Shown here piece after piece: positions 28,601 to 38,501 of a DNA stretch of 64,000 nucleotides (the first letter of the stretch is position 1; each line of letters begins with the position of its first letter). Source of the DNA: Myxococcales bacterium (GTDB lineage Bacteria; Myxococcota_A; UBA9042; JABWCM01; BTVJ01). The notes beneath the pieces were generated by a model that was not told the origin of the DNA, ran no database searches, and was given only the letters and a program-made list of their open reading frames with translations. A program made the position numbers and the translations under genes. Where the stretch lies: contig BTVJ01000004.1 of NCBI GenBank assembly GCA_045863395.1, forward strand, positions 96,001-160,000. The letters are read 5' to 3'.

Positions 28601-28818
28601 GTGGAGATCACCTGCTCGATGGGGCGCGTGATCAGCGTCTCGATCTCTTCGGGGCCGACCCCCTCGTAGGTGGTCACGATGGAGATTCGCGGGAAGTCCA
28701 CCGCGGGCAGCAGGTCCACGGCGAGCTGACGGGCGGCGACCAGGCCGACCACCAGAACGGCCAGCGCGATCATGGCGACGCCGATGGGGCGGCGGACGCT
28801 GGTCTCGACGACGCTCAC
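25681..28818 (-). CDS. RND efflux transporter permease (AcrB/MdtC-like)
   Basis: RRPIGV N-terminus, GVGPEEIETLITRPIE, GMLVDNGIVILENI, VQFESLLHP, RLRPILMTTLTT. The GTG overlaps the upstream stop. Confidence 0.95.
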   Translation of the reverse strand: MSVVETSVRRPIGVAMIALAVLVVGLVAARQLAVDLLPAVDFPRISIVTTYEGVGPEEIETLITRPIEQVISTIEGIESIESTSAEGISRIQVQFGWGTNLDNAVNDVRAYMDRLGSTLPDQAERPVVFKFDLSSVPIAEIGVSGGGDPRRLRYLADETLSRRLERVPGVASVSVQGGRVREIRVELDAAQMIALDVSAREISAALTRENRNVSAGDMRSAGRQLLVRSVGQWESVEEIAGTLVAIREKGPIYLHDVATVTDGFKEQNAEQWVDGKPGIALSISKQSGANTVEVAARVRAEMERINREYAGRVLLTMLVDSSDFIRRSVSNVQTSALAGAGLAVLVLLVFLRNVRATFVIAIAIPLSVLAALGLMYFSGFTLNVISFGGLALGIGMLVDNGIVILENIYRKREEGLPILRAAIEGAQEVVSAVVAGTLTTMVVFAPVVFMGGFASVFFGEMAAVVTFALLCSLVIAVTLVPSVSAKLIGAVGAPRGPLAWVANGIGAALGAVDRGYQATVRAALRAPWFVLALATLLLVASTRLVPLIGYELMPDTDEGQIDADIEFPVGTPIEHTGPWMLELERRARAVMEEHEVASIMTSAGPENWWRTEGSNVGELEINLVPVTQRARGVNEIMAALRKELARMPGADIRVRQGNVNILMRIMRGGQDERLAVDIRGHDRETAEGLAARVIALMESVPGVSNAYVDKENSLEERAVRVDATRAGDLGLLRADIAETLETYVLGRVVTRFREQGDEFDVRVQLRAEDRWDVEQLGQLPVHLPGGGTTPLQSVADSVPRSAPNAIERENQERIVRVLGAVGDRSLGAIVADLARALEGVAVPDDFTMSIAGEHEEQEETFLTLLIGILLALFLVYTVMAVQFESLLHPLIIMAAVPFAFIGVVVTLVVTDTTFNMNSFLGAIVLVGVVVNNAIVLVDTVNLSRRAHGRPLVEALQEATARRLRPILMTTLTTVLAMLPLAAGTGEGSEVQAPLARVVVGGLLTSTLVTLVVVPCLYLIVERARGALRAVEVRATDTTPASDARS

Positions 28819-29990
28819 CCCCCGCCCTCGACCACGCGGACCTTTGCCCCATCCGAGAGGTTGCCCTGGCCGCGGACGATGACCTGAGCACCCTCCGCGA
28901 GCTCCCCGGAGACGGCGACCCTCTTGCCCTCGCGGCCATCCACGGCGACGGGCGTCCACCGGGCGCCCCCGTCCACCACGGCAAAGACACCTCGCTCGGG
29001 CTGTCCCGCGTCGTCCAGGCGCTCCACGAGGGCCTCGGCGGGGACGGTCAGGGCACCGGCCACCGTCCGCGTCGGGGAGACCACCTCGGCGGACATGCCA
29101 GGCAGCCACCCCTCCGGCGGGTCGACCACGTCGGCCTCCACCACCACGGTGCGGCGCTGGCGGGTCACCTCCCCTCCGATGCCGCGCACGGCCGCGGCGA
29201 CCTCCAGTGGCCCGGTCGCAGGCGACCGCACCACCACCGCGGCACCTCCGAGCAGCGCCACGTCGCGCTCGGGGACCTCGAACCGGACCCGCAGGGGCCG
29301 CTGCGCGACGAGGCGCACGATGGGCGTGCCGACATGGGCGTAGGCGCCCGCATCCAGATGGCGCACGCTCACGACACCGCCGAAGGGCGCCACCACCATC
29401 GCGTCCTCGATGCGCTGGGTGAGCATGGCGACACGCGCGCTCGCCTGGTCTCGCTGGGCATCGGCGGCGTCCCCGTCCGTCGCCAGCCCGTCCACTCGGG
29501 CCTTGAGCGTGTCCACCTGCTGGCGGCTGACGAGCTGGTCATCGACCAGGGCCTCCGTCCGCTCCAGCTCGCGCTTCGCCGCCGCCAGCTCCGTCCTGGC
29601 CCGGCGGCCTGCCGCCTTGGCCGCCCGCACCGCTGCCCTGGCCTCGGCGAGCTGGAGCTTCAGGTCCGTGACGTCCACCTGAGCGATCTTCGCACCCGCC
29701 TCCACGTGATCGCCGACCCGAGGCTCCACGGAGAGCAGCCGCCCGGCGACCCGCGCCGCCACGTCCGCAGCCTCCGTGGCGAGCTCCGCCGGGTAGGTGG
29801 CCCGCTCGGTGACGGTGCCCACGGTCACCGGAGCCACCTCCACGGACGCCACGCGCTCGGAGACGGGCTTGCGCTCGGCCTCCGGCTCCTCCTCGGGGAG
29901 GGTCAGGAGCAGGATCGCCACCCCGGCCGCAAGCACCACCACCACCCCCGCGCGCACCCACGGCCCCCACCGCCTCGGTCGCGCGCTCAT
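28815..29990 (-). CDS. RND efflux periplasmic adaptor (membrane fusion protein)
   Basis: N-terminal TM helix, VAARVAGRL..VGDHVEAG lipoyl half, coiled coil, VVAPFGGVV, WLPGMSA. Confidence 0.92.
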   Translation of the reverse strand: MSARPRRWGPWVRAGVVVVLAAGVAILLLTLPEEEPEAERKPVSERVASVEVAPVTVGTVTERATYPAELATEAADVAARVAGRLLSVEPRVGDHVEAGAKIAQVDVTDLKLQLAEARAAVRAAKAAGRRARTELAAAKRELERTEALVDDQLVSRQQVDTLKARVDGLATDGDAADAQRDQASARVAMLTQRIEDAMVVAPFGGVVSVRHLDAGAYAHVGTPIVRLVAQRPLRVRFEVPERDVALLGGAAVVVRSPATGPLEVAAAVRGIGGEVTRQRRTVVVEADVVDPPEGWLPGMSAEVVSPTRTVAGALTVPAEALVERLDDAGQPERGVFAVVDGGARWTPVAVDGREGKRVAVSGELAEGAQVIVRGQGNLSDGAKVRVVEGGG

Positions 29991-31249
29991 GGCAGCGCCA
30001 CCCCGAGCTCTCCGCGAGCGTGGATCAGGCGCCACCTGGCGAGCTCCAGGTCGTGGGCGAGGGTCGCGGCGCGCTCGTCCGCCGCGGAGAGCTGCGCCTC
30101 GGCGTCCAGCACGTCGAGCACGGTCGCCAGGCCCGCGTCCAGGCGGCGCCCCACGTCCTCCCGCACCTGCCGAGCGGTCTCCAGGGACCACCGCGCGGTC
30201 GCAAGCTGCCGCTCGTGCTGCTCGACCCGGATCTCGGACGCCCGCACCTCGGCCCCCGCGCGGGCCTCCAGCCCCGCCAGCTCGGCCCGGTGCAGATCCA
30301 CCGTGGCGTCAGCGAGGTCCAGCAGACCGTAGCGCTCCCCTCCGTCGTAGAGAGCCCACCGCGCCTGGAGCTCGAGGCGCCACGTGAGGCCGTCCGGGTT
30401 CGTGAAGGACTCCTGCGCCTGCGCGAAGGTCGCTTGGAGCTCCACGTCGGGCAGGAAGCGCAGCCACGTGAAGGTCTCTGCGAGGCCGTCGCGCTCGTCG
30501 AGCAGCACCCGGACCGCGCGCACGTCGCCGCGGAGCATCTCCGGGGCCCCAGACGCCACGGCGGGGGCGGTCCCGGCGCCAGCGAGCCGCAGACCGGGGC
30601 CCCGCACGTCGAGGACCGCGGCCAGCGCCACGAGGGTCGCCGCCTCGTCGGCGGCAGCGGCGTCCAGCTCCATGGAGGCAGTCGCCAGCGACAGGGCCGC
30701 CCGCTGCGCCTCCGAGCGATCCGTCAGGTCACTCCTCAGCCGCGCCTCGGCCGCGCGCTGGAAGGCTCCCCGCCGCTCGACGGCCGCCTCGGCCGCCGCC
30801 CGCCGCGCGCCAGCACGCTGGGCACCGATGAACAGCTCCACGACGCCGAAGGCCACGGCCTCCGTGTCATAGGTCGCGGCCTCGCGGCTGGCGTCGAGCT
30901 CCACCCCCGCCACGAGCCACTCCCCGAGGGCGCCCGGCCGGAACAGCCCGACCTGCAGCCCCCCCACGAGCGACAGCTCGTCCTGCCGGGCGACGACGCG
31001 GCCCGCGGCTTCCACCTTCTGCTCGTTGTGAAGCCAGGTACCGGTGACCGCGAGGGTGGGCAACACCCGCGCGAGGGCCACGCGGACTGCGGCGGACTGC
31101 TGCCCGAGCCGCGCCTGCAGGGCCCGCACGTCGGGGTTGAGGCGCCGGGCGCGCTCGACTGCCTGCGGGAGCGTCAGCGTCACCGCCTCCTGGGCGCGCA
31201 CGGGCGCTACGACTCCCAGGACCATCCACACTGCGAACAGGACACGCAC
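29987..31249 (-). CDS. TolC-family outer membrane efflux protein
   Basis: Signal peptide (VRA), LTLPQAVERA..NP, ALYDGG, AGLATVLDVLDAEAQL. GTG start after GGAG. Confidence 0.88.
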   Translation of the reverse strand: MRVLFAVWMVLGVVAPVRAQEAVTLTLPQAVERARRLNPDVRALQARLGQQSAAVRVALARVLPTLAVTGTWLHNEQKVEAAGRVVARQDELSLVGGLQVGLFRPGALGEWLVAGVELDASREAATYDTEAVAFGVVELFIGAQRAGARRAAAEAAVERRGAFQRAAEARLRSDLTDRSEAQRAALSLATASMELDAAAADEAATLVALAAVLDVRGPGLRLAGAGTAPAVASGAPEMLRGDVRAVRVLLDERDGLAETFTWLRFLPDVELQATFAQAQESFTNPDGLTWRLELQARWALYDGGERYGLLDLADATVDLHRAELAGLEARAGAEVRASEIRVEQHERQLATARWSLETARQVREDVGRRLDAGLATVLDVLDAEAQLSAADERAATLAHDLELARWRLIHARGELGVALP

Positions 31250-31279
31250 CCTGGCACTCCTCTTGGCCCCGTCACGACA

Positions 31280-31302
31280 CGGGCGGGCATCATACCCGCC
31301 CG
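31280..31302. promoter_or_regulatory. 8-bp inverted repeat enclosing a TATGAT -10-like hexamer, candidate operator of the efflux operon
   Basis: CGGGCGGG-CATCATA-CCCGCCCG. The minus strand reads TATGAT in the loop, about 40 nt upstream of the TolC start. Confidence 0.4.
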
Positions 31303-31374
31303 AGACGCTCGGGTGGACCCAATTCAGCACGCGCTGGGTCTCCGGGATTCCTTCGCAGTCCCCCCAGGGACTCG

Positions 31375-31390
31375 TGGCACAGGTCACGCT
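31375..31390 (+). promoter_or_regulatory. Candidate sigma54 promoter for the Ig-repeat gene
   Basis: TGGCACAGGTCACGCT: perfect TGGCAC box with GG-N10-GC spacing; the -12 box is imperfect. Confidence 0.4.
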
Positions 31391-31394
31391 CCGC

Positions 31395-31410
31395 CGTGAT
31401 CCAGATCACA
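31395..31410. promoter_or_regulatory. CRP/FNR-family binding-site candidate
   Basis: CGTGA-TCCAGA-TCACA versus the CRP consensus TGTGA-N6-TCACA. The inner palindrome is GTGAT-N4-ATCAC. Confidence 0.55.
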
Positions 31411-31552
31411 CCGCGGCGGACACCCCTCCCTACCCTTGAGACTGGGCGCGAACTTCCCGAGTCCCTCCGCGCGCCGGGCGACGCGGGAGGGCACCGGGGC
31501 CGGAGGCTCCGCCGGGAGGCCGCGCAACACCTCATCGCGCGGAGGTTCGGTC

Positions 31553-34500
31553 ATGGTCATGAGGTTGGTAGCTGTGGCCGCGGCGCTCGCCGCGGCGCTC
31601 GGGTTGGCGAGGTGCGCGGAGGACACGTCCGAGACGCGCTCGCTGGCAGAGGTGCGCGTACTGCTCTCGTCGACGGACCTGCGGGCCGGAGACTCGCTCC
31701 AGGCCACGGTCCTCGCGGAGTACGACGACGCCACGCTCCGGGACGTGACGTTCCAGGTGACGTGGGCCTCGTCCAACGCGGCGGTCCTCGACGTGAGCCA
31801 GACGGGGCTCGTGCACGCCAAGGCGCCAGGCACCGCGAAGGTGGTGGCGACCTACGCGGGGATGAGCGGAGAGCTCTCCGTCGCTGTGACCGCCAAGGCC
31901 CTGTCGCTTGTGTTCATCGTGCCCGACGGCATGGAGCTGCGGCCCGGTGCGAGCCAGCAGTTCACGGCCATCGGCAGCTACGACGACGGGTCGTCCTCGG
32001 ACATCACGGCGCTGGCGACGTGGACCTCGTCCAACGAGACCATCGCGTCCGTGGACGCAGGCCTCGCCATCGCAAAGAGCGCGGGGCCGGCGAGCATCAC
32101 GGCGGAGCTGGACGGCGTCACGTCCGAGCCCGTCACGCTGACGGTCCTCGGCGTCACCCTGGTCGGCATCCAGCTCGACCCCACGACGGGCACGCTGAAC
32201 GCCGGCAGCGGCGAGACGCTCGAGATCGACGCCATCGGCATCTTCGACGACGGGACCCAGGCGGACATCTCCAAGGTCGTCGTGTGGGAGTCGAGCGACC
32301 CGGCCATCGCCGCCGTCGACACCAACGGCATCGTGACGCCGGGTACGGTGGCAGGGACGGCCGAGATCACCGCGGCCGTGGGGACCGTCGAGTCGTTCCC
32401 GGCGGTGATCGTGGTCCTCGCCTCGAATGAGGTGAAGACCGTGACCGTGGAGCCGGTGCTCGCCGCCTTCCCGGCGGGGTTCACGCAGGACCTGACCGCG
32501 ACGGTGACGTTCGCAGACGGCCGCACGGAGAACTTCACCACGAAGGCCAACTGGAGCAGCACGGACGAGACCATCGCGACGGTGGACTCCCACGGGCGGG
32601 TCACGGGCCACATGAAGGGGCACGTGATCATCAAGGCAGAGGTCTCCGGTGTGTTCGGTGGCGCCCTGCTGAGCGTGACCGACGCCACGATCACCGGCAT
32701 CACCCTCGACCCGCCCGCGGCGAGCCTGCCGGTCGGCACGACCATGGCCTTCAAGGCGACGGGCTTCTTCTCCGACGGCTCCATGTCCGACGTCACGTCG
32801 CGGGTGACGTGGACGTCCACGGACCCCGCCATCCTGACGGTGGACGGGGGGATCGCCACCGCGCTCGCCATCGGCGAGGCAACCATCGAGGCGGCCCTCG
32901 AGGATGTCGCGGCGACGGCGGACGTGGCCGTGGTGGAGGCCGTCTTCGACCACATCGCCATCACGCCGCCTGCCCCGACCCTGCCCGTCGGCCTGACAGT
33001 GCGCTTCCAGGCGACCGGGGTCCTGACCAACGGCACGACCATGGACCTGACGGAGAGCCCGAAGCTCTTCTGGACGAGCAGCGCCCCGGACATCGCGATG
33101 GTCTCCAACGCCGCGGGCGAGCAAGGCACGGCGACGGCGTTCGCGGTGGGCGGCGCCCTCATCGGGGCGACCTTCTCGGACGCAGGCTTCACCATGGAGG
33201 CGGACCCCGTCTTGCTGAGCGTGATCAACGCCGAGCTGCAGGGCATCCAGGTCACCCCGACCAGCCCGACCCTGCCGGCCGGCTTCGAGCTGCGCTTCCA
33301 CGCGACGGGGCTCTACTCGGACGGCAGCCTGCACGACCTGTCCCACGACGCGGTGTGGACGAGCAGCGCGCCCGGCGTCGCCACCGTGTCCAACGCGGCA
33401 GACCTGGAGGGCACCGTCTCGACGCTCCTGCCGGGCAGCGCCACAATCCGCGCGACCTTCGGCGCCCACTTCGGCGAGAGCCTGCTCACGGTGAGCAACG
33501 CCAAGCTGGTGTCGATCAGCGTGGCGCCGCCGGCGGCCTCGGTGGAGGTGGGCGCCACCTTCCAGCTCTCGGCCACGGGCAACTTCAACGACGGCACGAC
33601 CATGGACCTCACCAAGACCGCGGTGTGGTCGGTGGCTCCGGCGGACCTGGGGCGCGGCGTGACCGTCTCCAACGAGGTGGACCGCGAGGGCCTCGTCACC
33701 GTGTCGCCGCTGGCGACCCCGAGCCTGCTCCCGGTGACCATCTATGCGACCCACGGCACCGTGGCGGGCACGTCGGCCATCACCATCGTCAGCCCGACGG
33801 CGCTGACGGCGATCCTCGTGACGGTCGACCCCATGGTGATCCCCGTCGGCTACACGGGCAAGGCCACGGCGACCGGCCTGTACTCGGACGGCGTCCACGC
33901 GCCCGTCGCCAAGGACATCACGGCGCTGGTGACGTGGTCACCCTCCATCAGCGGCGTCGCGACGGTGTCCAACGGCTCCAGCGACAAGGGCACCGTCAAG
34001 GGCATCGGGCCCGGCACCGTCCTGATCAACGCGTGCCTGGGCGCCGTGTGCGCCAACGACCCGGGCGGCACGGGGGCGGCGGCCATCGTGACCGTCACCG
34101 CCTGCCCGTTCGTCGGCGTGAACCTGTCGCCAGCCGGGGCCCTCGCCCTGCCGAAGGGCATGGCCCGCCAGTTCAACGCGATGGCGATGTACGACGCGGC
34201 CTGCGGCGCCCCGCTGCCCGGCTACGACGTCACGGAGCTGTCGCTCTGGATCTCCTCGAACCCGGCGGTCGCCACGGTGAGCAACGCGGCGGGCACCCGC
34301 GGCCTGGTGACGGCGTCGGCCAACCCGCCGGCCGTGACCGTCCAGATCTCTGCCCACTTCGGGCCACTGATGGGCGCCAAGACGCTGACGATCATCGACG
34401 CCTGCGTGGCGGAGCTGACCGTGACGCCCGAGACCCTGTCGCTGCCCGTGGGCGTGCGCATGCCGTTCACGGCGACTGCGAAGATGACCGACGGCTCGAC

Positions 34501-37500
34501 CATCGACTACACCCAGATGGCCGTGTGGCAGGTCACGGGCGCGCTCGGCCTCGTCAAGCCCGGCGTCATCCAGACCTTCCCGGGGCAGCTCGGGACCGTC
34601 AAGGCGACGGCGGCGCCGACCCTGTCCTGCGCGTCCTTCAGCGACACGTCCACGGTCACGATCAACGACGCCGTGCTGACCAAGGTCGCCATCACGCCGG
34701 CGTCCGTCACGCTGCCCATCAACACGGCCATCAGCCTCAAGGCCAACGGCCTGTTCAGCGACGGGACCACGTTCGAGCTCACGGACATGGCGACCTGGAC
34801 GTCGTCCAACCCGGCCGTAGCCACGGCACAGCAGGGCGGGTACGTGATCGGCAAGGCCTCGGGCACGGCCGTCATCCTCGCCACCTGGTTCACGGTCAGC
34901 GGCGTCGCCAACATCAACGTGGAGGGCTTCGTCCTGTCCGGCCTGGTCGTCCAGCAGGGCGTGGACGCGGCGTGCGGCGACTTCGACGGCGCGGGCTTCG
35001 CCAGCGGCGTCCGCTTCCCGCTGCGGGCCATCGCCCACTACTCGGATGGCGGCAGCGAGGACGTCACCGGCGCCGTCGCCTGGTCCAGCGACAAGCCCGC
35101 CTTCGCGACGGTGGACGCGACGGGCATGGTCGAGACCAAGGCGGTCGGCACGGCGCTGATCAAGGCCACCCAGGGCGGCATCAGCGGGACGTTCCCCGTG
35201 AAGGTCCTGGACACGGATCTCGCGTCCATCGAGATCCAGCCCGGCAACGGGTTCATCATGCCGATCAACGCGACCCTGCCCTTCCGCGCCTTCGGTCACT
35301 ACGAGGCGCTCATCGGCGGGATCCTGCGCGCCGACACGTGCGAGATCACGACCATGGCCTCGTGGCTGGCCGCGCCGGACGACAGCATCGACATCACGGC
35401 GTTCGGGCTGGCCACGACCACGGCCACCCCGACGGAGACCGCCATCGTCACGGCGACCAAGGACGGCGTGGTGGCGGAGGTCCACGGCGAGGTGCGCGGC
35501 GCCTGCGTCGAGCACATCCGCCTGAAGCCAGAGGCGGGCACGACCATGCTCGGCGTCATGATGCAGTTCGAGGCGGAGGCCGTGCTCTCCGACGGCGCCT
35601 CCTACGTGATCACCGACTCTGCGACGTGGTCGACGTCGAACCCAGCCGTCGCGCAGGTCGCCGAGGGGACCATCGTGCCCATCACCCAGGGCGTCGTGAC
35701 CGTGTCCGCGACCTTCAACGCGGGCGCGGCGGCCTGCCCGCAGGTACCCGCGACGCAGACCGCGTCGGCGACCCTGACCGTGCTGCCGGCGGCGCTCGTG
35801 TCCATCCAGATCGCCTGCCCCGGCGCGGCCAACCTGTGGCCCGCCCCTGGCGGCCTGGCTCCGGGACTCCCGCCCGGGCTCGCCACGCACTGCACGGCGC
35901 TGGGCCTCTACTCCGACGGCACCACCGCCAACGTCACCGCCTCGGCGACCTGGACCAGCAGCGCACCGAACGTGGCGACCGTCAGCAACGCGGCCGGCTC
36001 GAAGGGGCGCGTCCTGACGCTGGGCGCGGGCATGGCGGGCATCGGCGCGGCGCTGCAGGGCGTCACCGGCTCGTGGTCGCTGCAGGTCGTCGGCGCGACG
36101 GTGGACGCGGTGACGGTCACCGGCCTGCCCACGCTCCCCGCGGGCTTCTCGCACCCGTTCACGGCGATGGCGGCCTACACCCTCGGGCCCGTCACGCACC
36201 ACTACGACGTCACGGCCATCGCGGCCTGGGCGTCGAGCGACACGAGCAAGGCGACCGTCAGTGACAACCCGGCCACCCGCGGGCTCGTGACCGCGCTCGC
36301 ACCCACCACGGGGCCCATCGCCATCACGGCGACGCACATGGGCAAGGTGGGGGCGCAGACGCTCCAGGTCCTCGCCGTGACGATGACGGCCATCGACGTG
36401 GGGCCGTCGCCCCTCGCGCTCGCCGTCGGGCAGGAGAAGCAGCTCACGGCGACCGCCTTCACCAAGGACTCGCAGGGCGGCACGCACTCCAAGGACGTGA
36501 CCACGCAGGTCTCCTGGAGCACGACGGACCCGGCGGTGGCCTCTGTGACCAACACGGGCAAGGTGACCGCGCTCGGCCTGGGCGCAGTCGCGATCATCGC
36601 GCAGATCGGCCCCGTGAGCGGGAGCGCGTCCATCGCGGTGGAGCCGCGCTGCATCGCCTCGCTGACCATGGCGCCGGCGGCGACGACCGTGCCCGCGGGC
36701 GTCCCGCTGACCTTCGCGGTGACGGCGCACTACACGAGCGGGCCGACGCAGGACGTGACCGGCGACGTGACCTTCGTGAGCACCGACCCGGCGCGCATCC
36801 CGAACCCGGACTACGCGGGCTGGACCTTCGCCCACCCCGGCGCTGCGCCTGGGATGGTGGCGGTCTACGCGCACCTCGACGGGGGCGGCTGCTCCGGGGC
36901 GCTCCAGGCCGCGGCCGCCGTCGCCATCAACGGCGCGACGCTCCTCGACATCGCGGTGCAGAGCGACCAGATGCAGGTTCCGGTGGGCCTGTCCACGCAG
37001 TTCCACGCCATCGGCTCCTACAGCGACGGAACGAGCTACGACATCACGCGGACCATCGACTCGTGGATGACGGGCAAGGCCTCCGTGGCGGTCGTCTCGA
37101 ACGCCGGCGCGCTGAAGGGCCGCGTGACCGGTGTGGGGCTCGGCACCACGCCCATCGTCGCGACGCAGGGCAACATCTCCGGCGCGAACGAGGTCACGGT
37201 GACCTCGGCGACCCTGACGTCCGTCTCCGTGGCGGGCCTCGACACGGCAGGCGCGTGCCACCCGAAGTACGGCGCGGCCTCGTGGATCAAGGCCGGCTTC
37301 GCCCATCCGGCGGGTGGCCTCACCACGTGGGCGCGAGCCCTCGGCCACTACAGCAACGGCCTCGCCTACGACATCACCGACTCGGTGACCTGGTCGTCCT
37401 CGAACCCGGCGCGGGCGGCCATCGCCACCGGCAACGGGAGCTCGGGTCGCATCACGACGGGCGGCCAGGCGGGCAACGTGACCCTGACCGCGGAGACGCC

Positions 37501-38092
37501 GAGCGGCTTTGTGGGGAGCATCCTCTTCACGGTCAAGCCCGGCCTCCTCGATCAGCTCGTGATCAACCCGGCCGGCGCCGACCCGCTCGTGCTGCCGCTC
37601 GGCTTCGGCACACAGCTCGAGGTGGTAGGCCGCTTCTCGGGCGCCTGGCACTGCGCCACGGAGGACGCGCAGTACGCCTCGGCCGACACGGCGGTCGCGA
37701 CGGTGACCGACACCGGCTGGGTGGACTCGCGCGGCCTCGGGTTTGCGATGCTGACCGCGACCCTCGGGGTCGTGAACGACACGATCCTCGTCAAGGTCAA
37801 CGACGCCACGCTGGCGCTCATGGAGACAATCCCGGCGGACGTGTCGCTCTTCGTCAACGACACGGCCCAGCTCCAGGCGCTGGCGCACTTCAGCGACGGC
37901 ACGATCAACGACGTGACCTTAAGCCCGAAGACCACGTGGTTCACGAGCAACGAGGCGGTCGCGAGCCTCACCCACGCCAAGGGCGGCGTCCTCGCCGTGG
38001 CGCCCGGTGTGGCCTTCATCGACGCCTGCATCCAGGGTGTCTGCGCCGCTGACTCCGTCCTCACCACCAAGGTGACGGTGATGGCGCCGTAG
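31553..38092 (+). CDS. Giant lipoprotein of tandem bacterial Ig-like (Big_2) domains, adhesin-like
   Basis: GGAGG RBS, signal peptide ending LARC, about 20 or more roughly 90-aa repeats of the form ATG.YSDG...DVT..VTWSSSNP.VATVS. 2179 aa. Confidence 0.88.
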   Translation: MVMRLVAVAAALAAALGLARCAEDTSETRSLAEVRVLLSSTDLRAGDSLQATVLAEYDDATLRDVTFQVTWASSNAAVLDVSQTGLVHAKAPGTAKVVATYAGMSGELSVAVTAKALSLVFIVPDGMELRPGASQQFTAIGSYDDGSSSDITALATWTSSNETIASVDAGLAIAKSAGPASITAELDGVTSEPVTLTVLGVTLVGIQLDPTTGTLNAGSGETLEIDAIGIFDDGTQADISKVVVWESSDPAIAAVDTNGIVTPGTVAGTAEITAAVGTVESFPAVIVVLASNEVKTVTVEPVLAAFPAGFTQDLTATVTFADGRTENFTTKANWSSTDETIATVDSHGRVTGHMKGHVIIKAEVSGVFGGALLSVTDATITGITLDPPAASLPVGTTMAFKATGFFSDGSMSDVTSRVTWTSTDPAILTVDGGIATALAIGEATIEAALEDVAATADVAVVEAVFDHIAITPPAPTLPVGLTVRFQATGVLTNGTTMDLTESPKLFWTSSAPDIAMVSNAAGEQGTATAFAVGGALIGATFSDAGFTMEADPVLLSVINAELQGIQVTPTSPTLPAGFELRFHATGLYSDGSLHDLSHDAVWTSSAPGVATVSNAADLEGTVSTLLPGSATIRATFGAHFGESLLTVSNAKLVSISVAPPAASVEVGATFQLSATGNFNDGTTMDLTKTAVWSVAPADLGRGVTVSNEVDREGLVTVSPLATPSLLPVTIYATHGTVAGTSAITIVSPTALTAILVTVDPMVIPVGYTGKATATGLYSDGVHAPVAKDITALVTWSPSISGVATVSNGSSDKGTVKGIGPGTVLINACLGAVCANDPGGTGAAAIVTVTACPFVGVNLSPAGALALPKGMARQFNAMAMYDAACGAPLPGYDVTELSLWISSNPAVATVSNAAGTRGLVTASANPPAVTVQISAHFGPLMGAKTLTIIDACVAELTVTPETLSLPVGVRMPFTATAKMTDGSTIDYTQMAVWQVTGALGLVKPGVIQTFPGQLGTVKATAAPTLSCASFSDTSTVTINDAVLTKVAITPASVTLPINTAISLKANGLFSDGTTFELTDMATWTSSNPAVATAQQGGYVIGKASGTAVILATWFTVSGVANINVEGFVLSGLVVQQGVDAACGDFDGAGFASGVRFPLRAIAHYSDGGSEDVTGAVAWSSDKPAFATVDATGMVETKAVGTALIKATQGGISGTFPVKVLDTDLASIEIQPGNGFIMPINATLPFRAFGHYEALIGGILRADTCEITTMASWLAAPDDSIDITAFGLATTTATPTETAIVTATKDGVVAEVHGEVRGACVEHIRLKPEAGTTMLGVMMQFEAEAVLSDGASYVITDSATWSTSNPAVAQVAEGTIVPITQGVVTVSATFNAGAAACPQVPATQTASATLTVLPAALVSIQIACPGAANLWPAPGGLAPGLPPGLATHCTALGLYSDGTTANVTASATWTSSAPNVATVSNAAGSKGRVLTLGAGMAGIGAALQGVTGSWSLQVVGATVDAVTVTGLPTLPAGFSHPFTAMAAYTLGPVTHHYDVTAIAAWASSDTSKATVSDNPATRGLVTALAPTTGPIAITATHMGKVGAQTLQVLAVTMTAIDVGPSPLALAVGQEKQLTATAFTKDSQGGTHSKDVTTQVSWSTTDPAVASVTNTGKVTALGLGAVAIIAQIGPVSGSASIAVEPRCIASLTMAPAATTVPAGVPLTFAVTAHYTSGPTQDVTGDVTFVSTDPARIPNPDYAGWTFAHPGAAPGMVAVYAHLDGGGCSGALQAAAAVAINGATLLDIAVQSDQMQVPVGLSTQFHAIGSYSDGTSYDITRTIDSWMTGKASVAVVSNAGALKGRVTGVGLGTTPIVATQGNISGANEVTVTSATLTSVSVAGLDTAGACHPKYGAASWIKAGFAHPAGGLTTWARALGHYSNGLAYDITDSVTWSSSNPARAAIATGNGSSGRITTGGQAGNVTLTAETPSGFVGSILFTVKPGLLDQLVINPAGADPLVLPLGFGTQLEVVGRFSGAWHCATEDAQYASADTAVATVTDTGWVDSRGLGFAMLTATLGVVNDTILVKVNDATLALMETIPADVSLFVNDTAQLQALAHFSDGTINDVTLSPKTTWFTSNEAVASLTHAKGGVLAVAPGVAFIDACIQGVCAADSVLTTKVTVMAP

Positions 38093-38406
38093 CTCCAGCC
38101 GCAGGGGTAATCGGCCTCCGCCTCTGGGCACCCAGGGGCGCGCGACGCGGCGAAGCCCCCCCATCCAACCGTTCGTACGGTATCCACACCGCTGCCTCGG
38201 CCAAGGGCTCGGGCTCGACAGATGCCCCTGGGTATGTCGGTCTGCCTCCCCGCGTGCAACCACCCCGGAGCGATTCACGAGAGCGCCTCTCCAGCCGACC
38301 ACGCCCTCCCCCTTCCGTCAACCGCCACCATCGACGGCCAACCATCCATGAGCACCGCAGACGGAACGGTCCAAAGGAGCCTCAAGAACCGTAGAGGCGT
38401 TTCCCC

Positions 38407-38436
38407 TTGACACGTCGCATACCACGAGTCGATTAT
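38407..38436 (+). promoter_or_regulatory. Candidate sigma70 promoter of the 38.5-46.1 kb operon
   Basis: TTGACA-N18-GATTAT, followed by the AAGGAGGT Shine-Dalgarno and ATG at 38502. Confidence 0.5.
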
Positions 38437-38501
38437 CGCTCGCGTGCCACACGAACCGAGCGCCCTCCGCTCGGTCCCAGTTGGGAAGGAGGTAGACCAA
38501 G

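Noticed and set aside
38093..38400. tRNA or att site at the island boundary
   Set aside because: No cloverleaf or T-loop context and no direct repeat seen at the other end.
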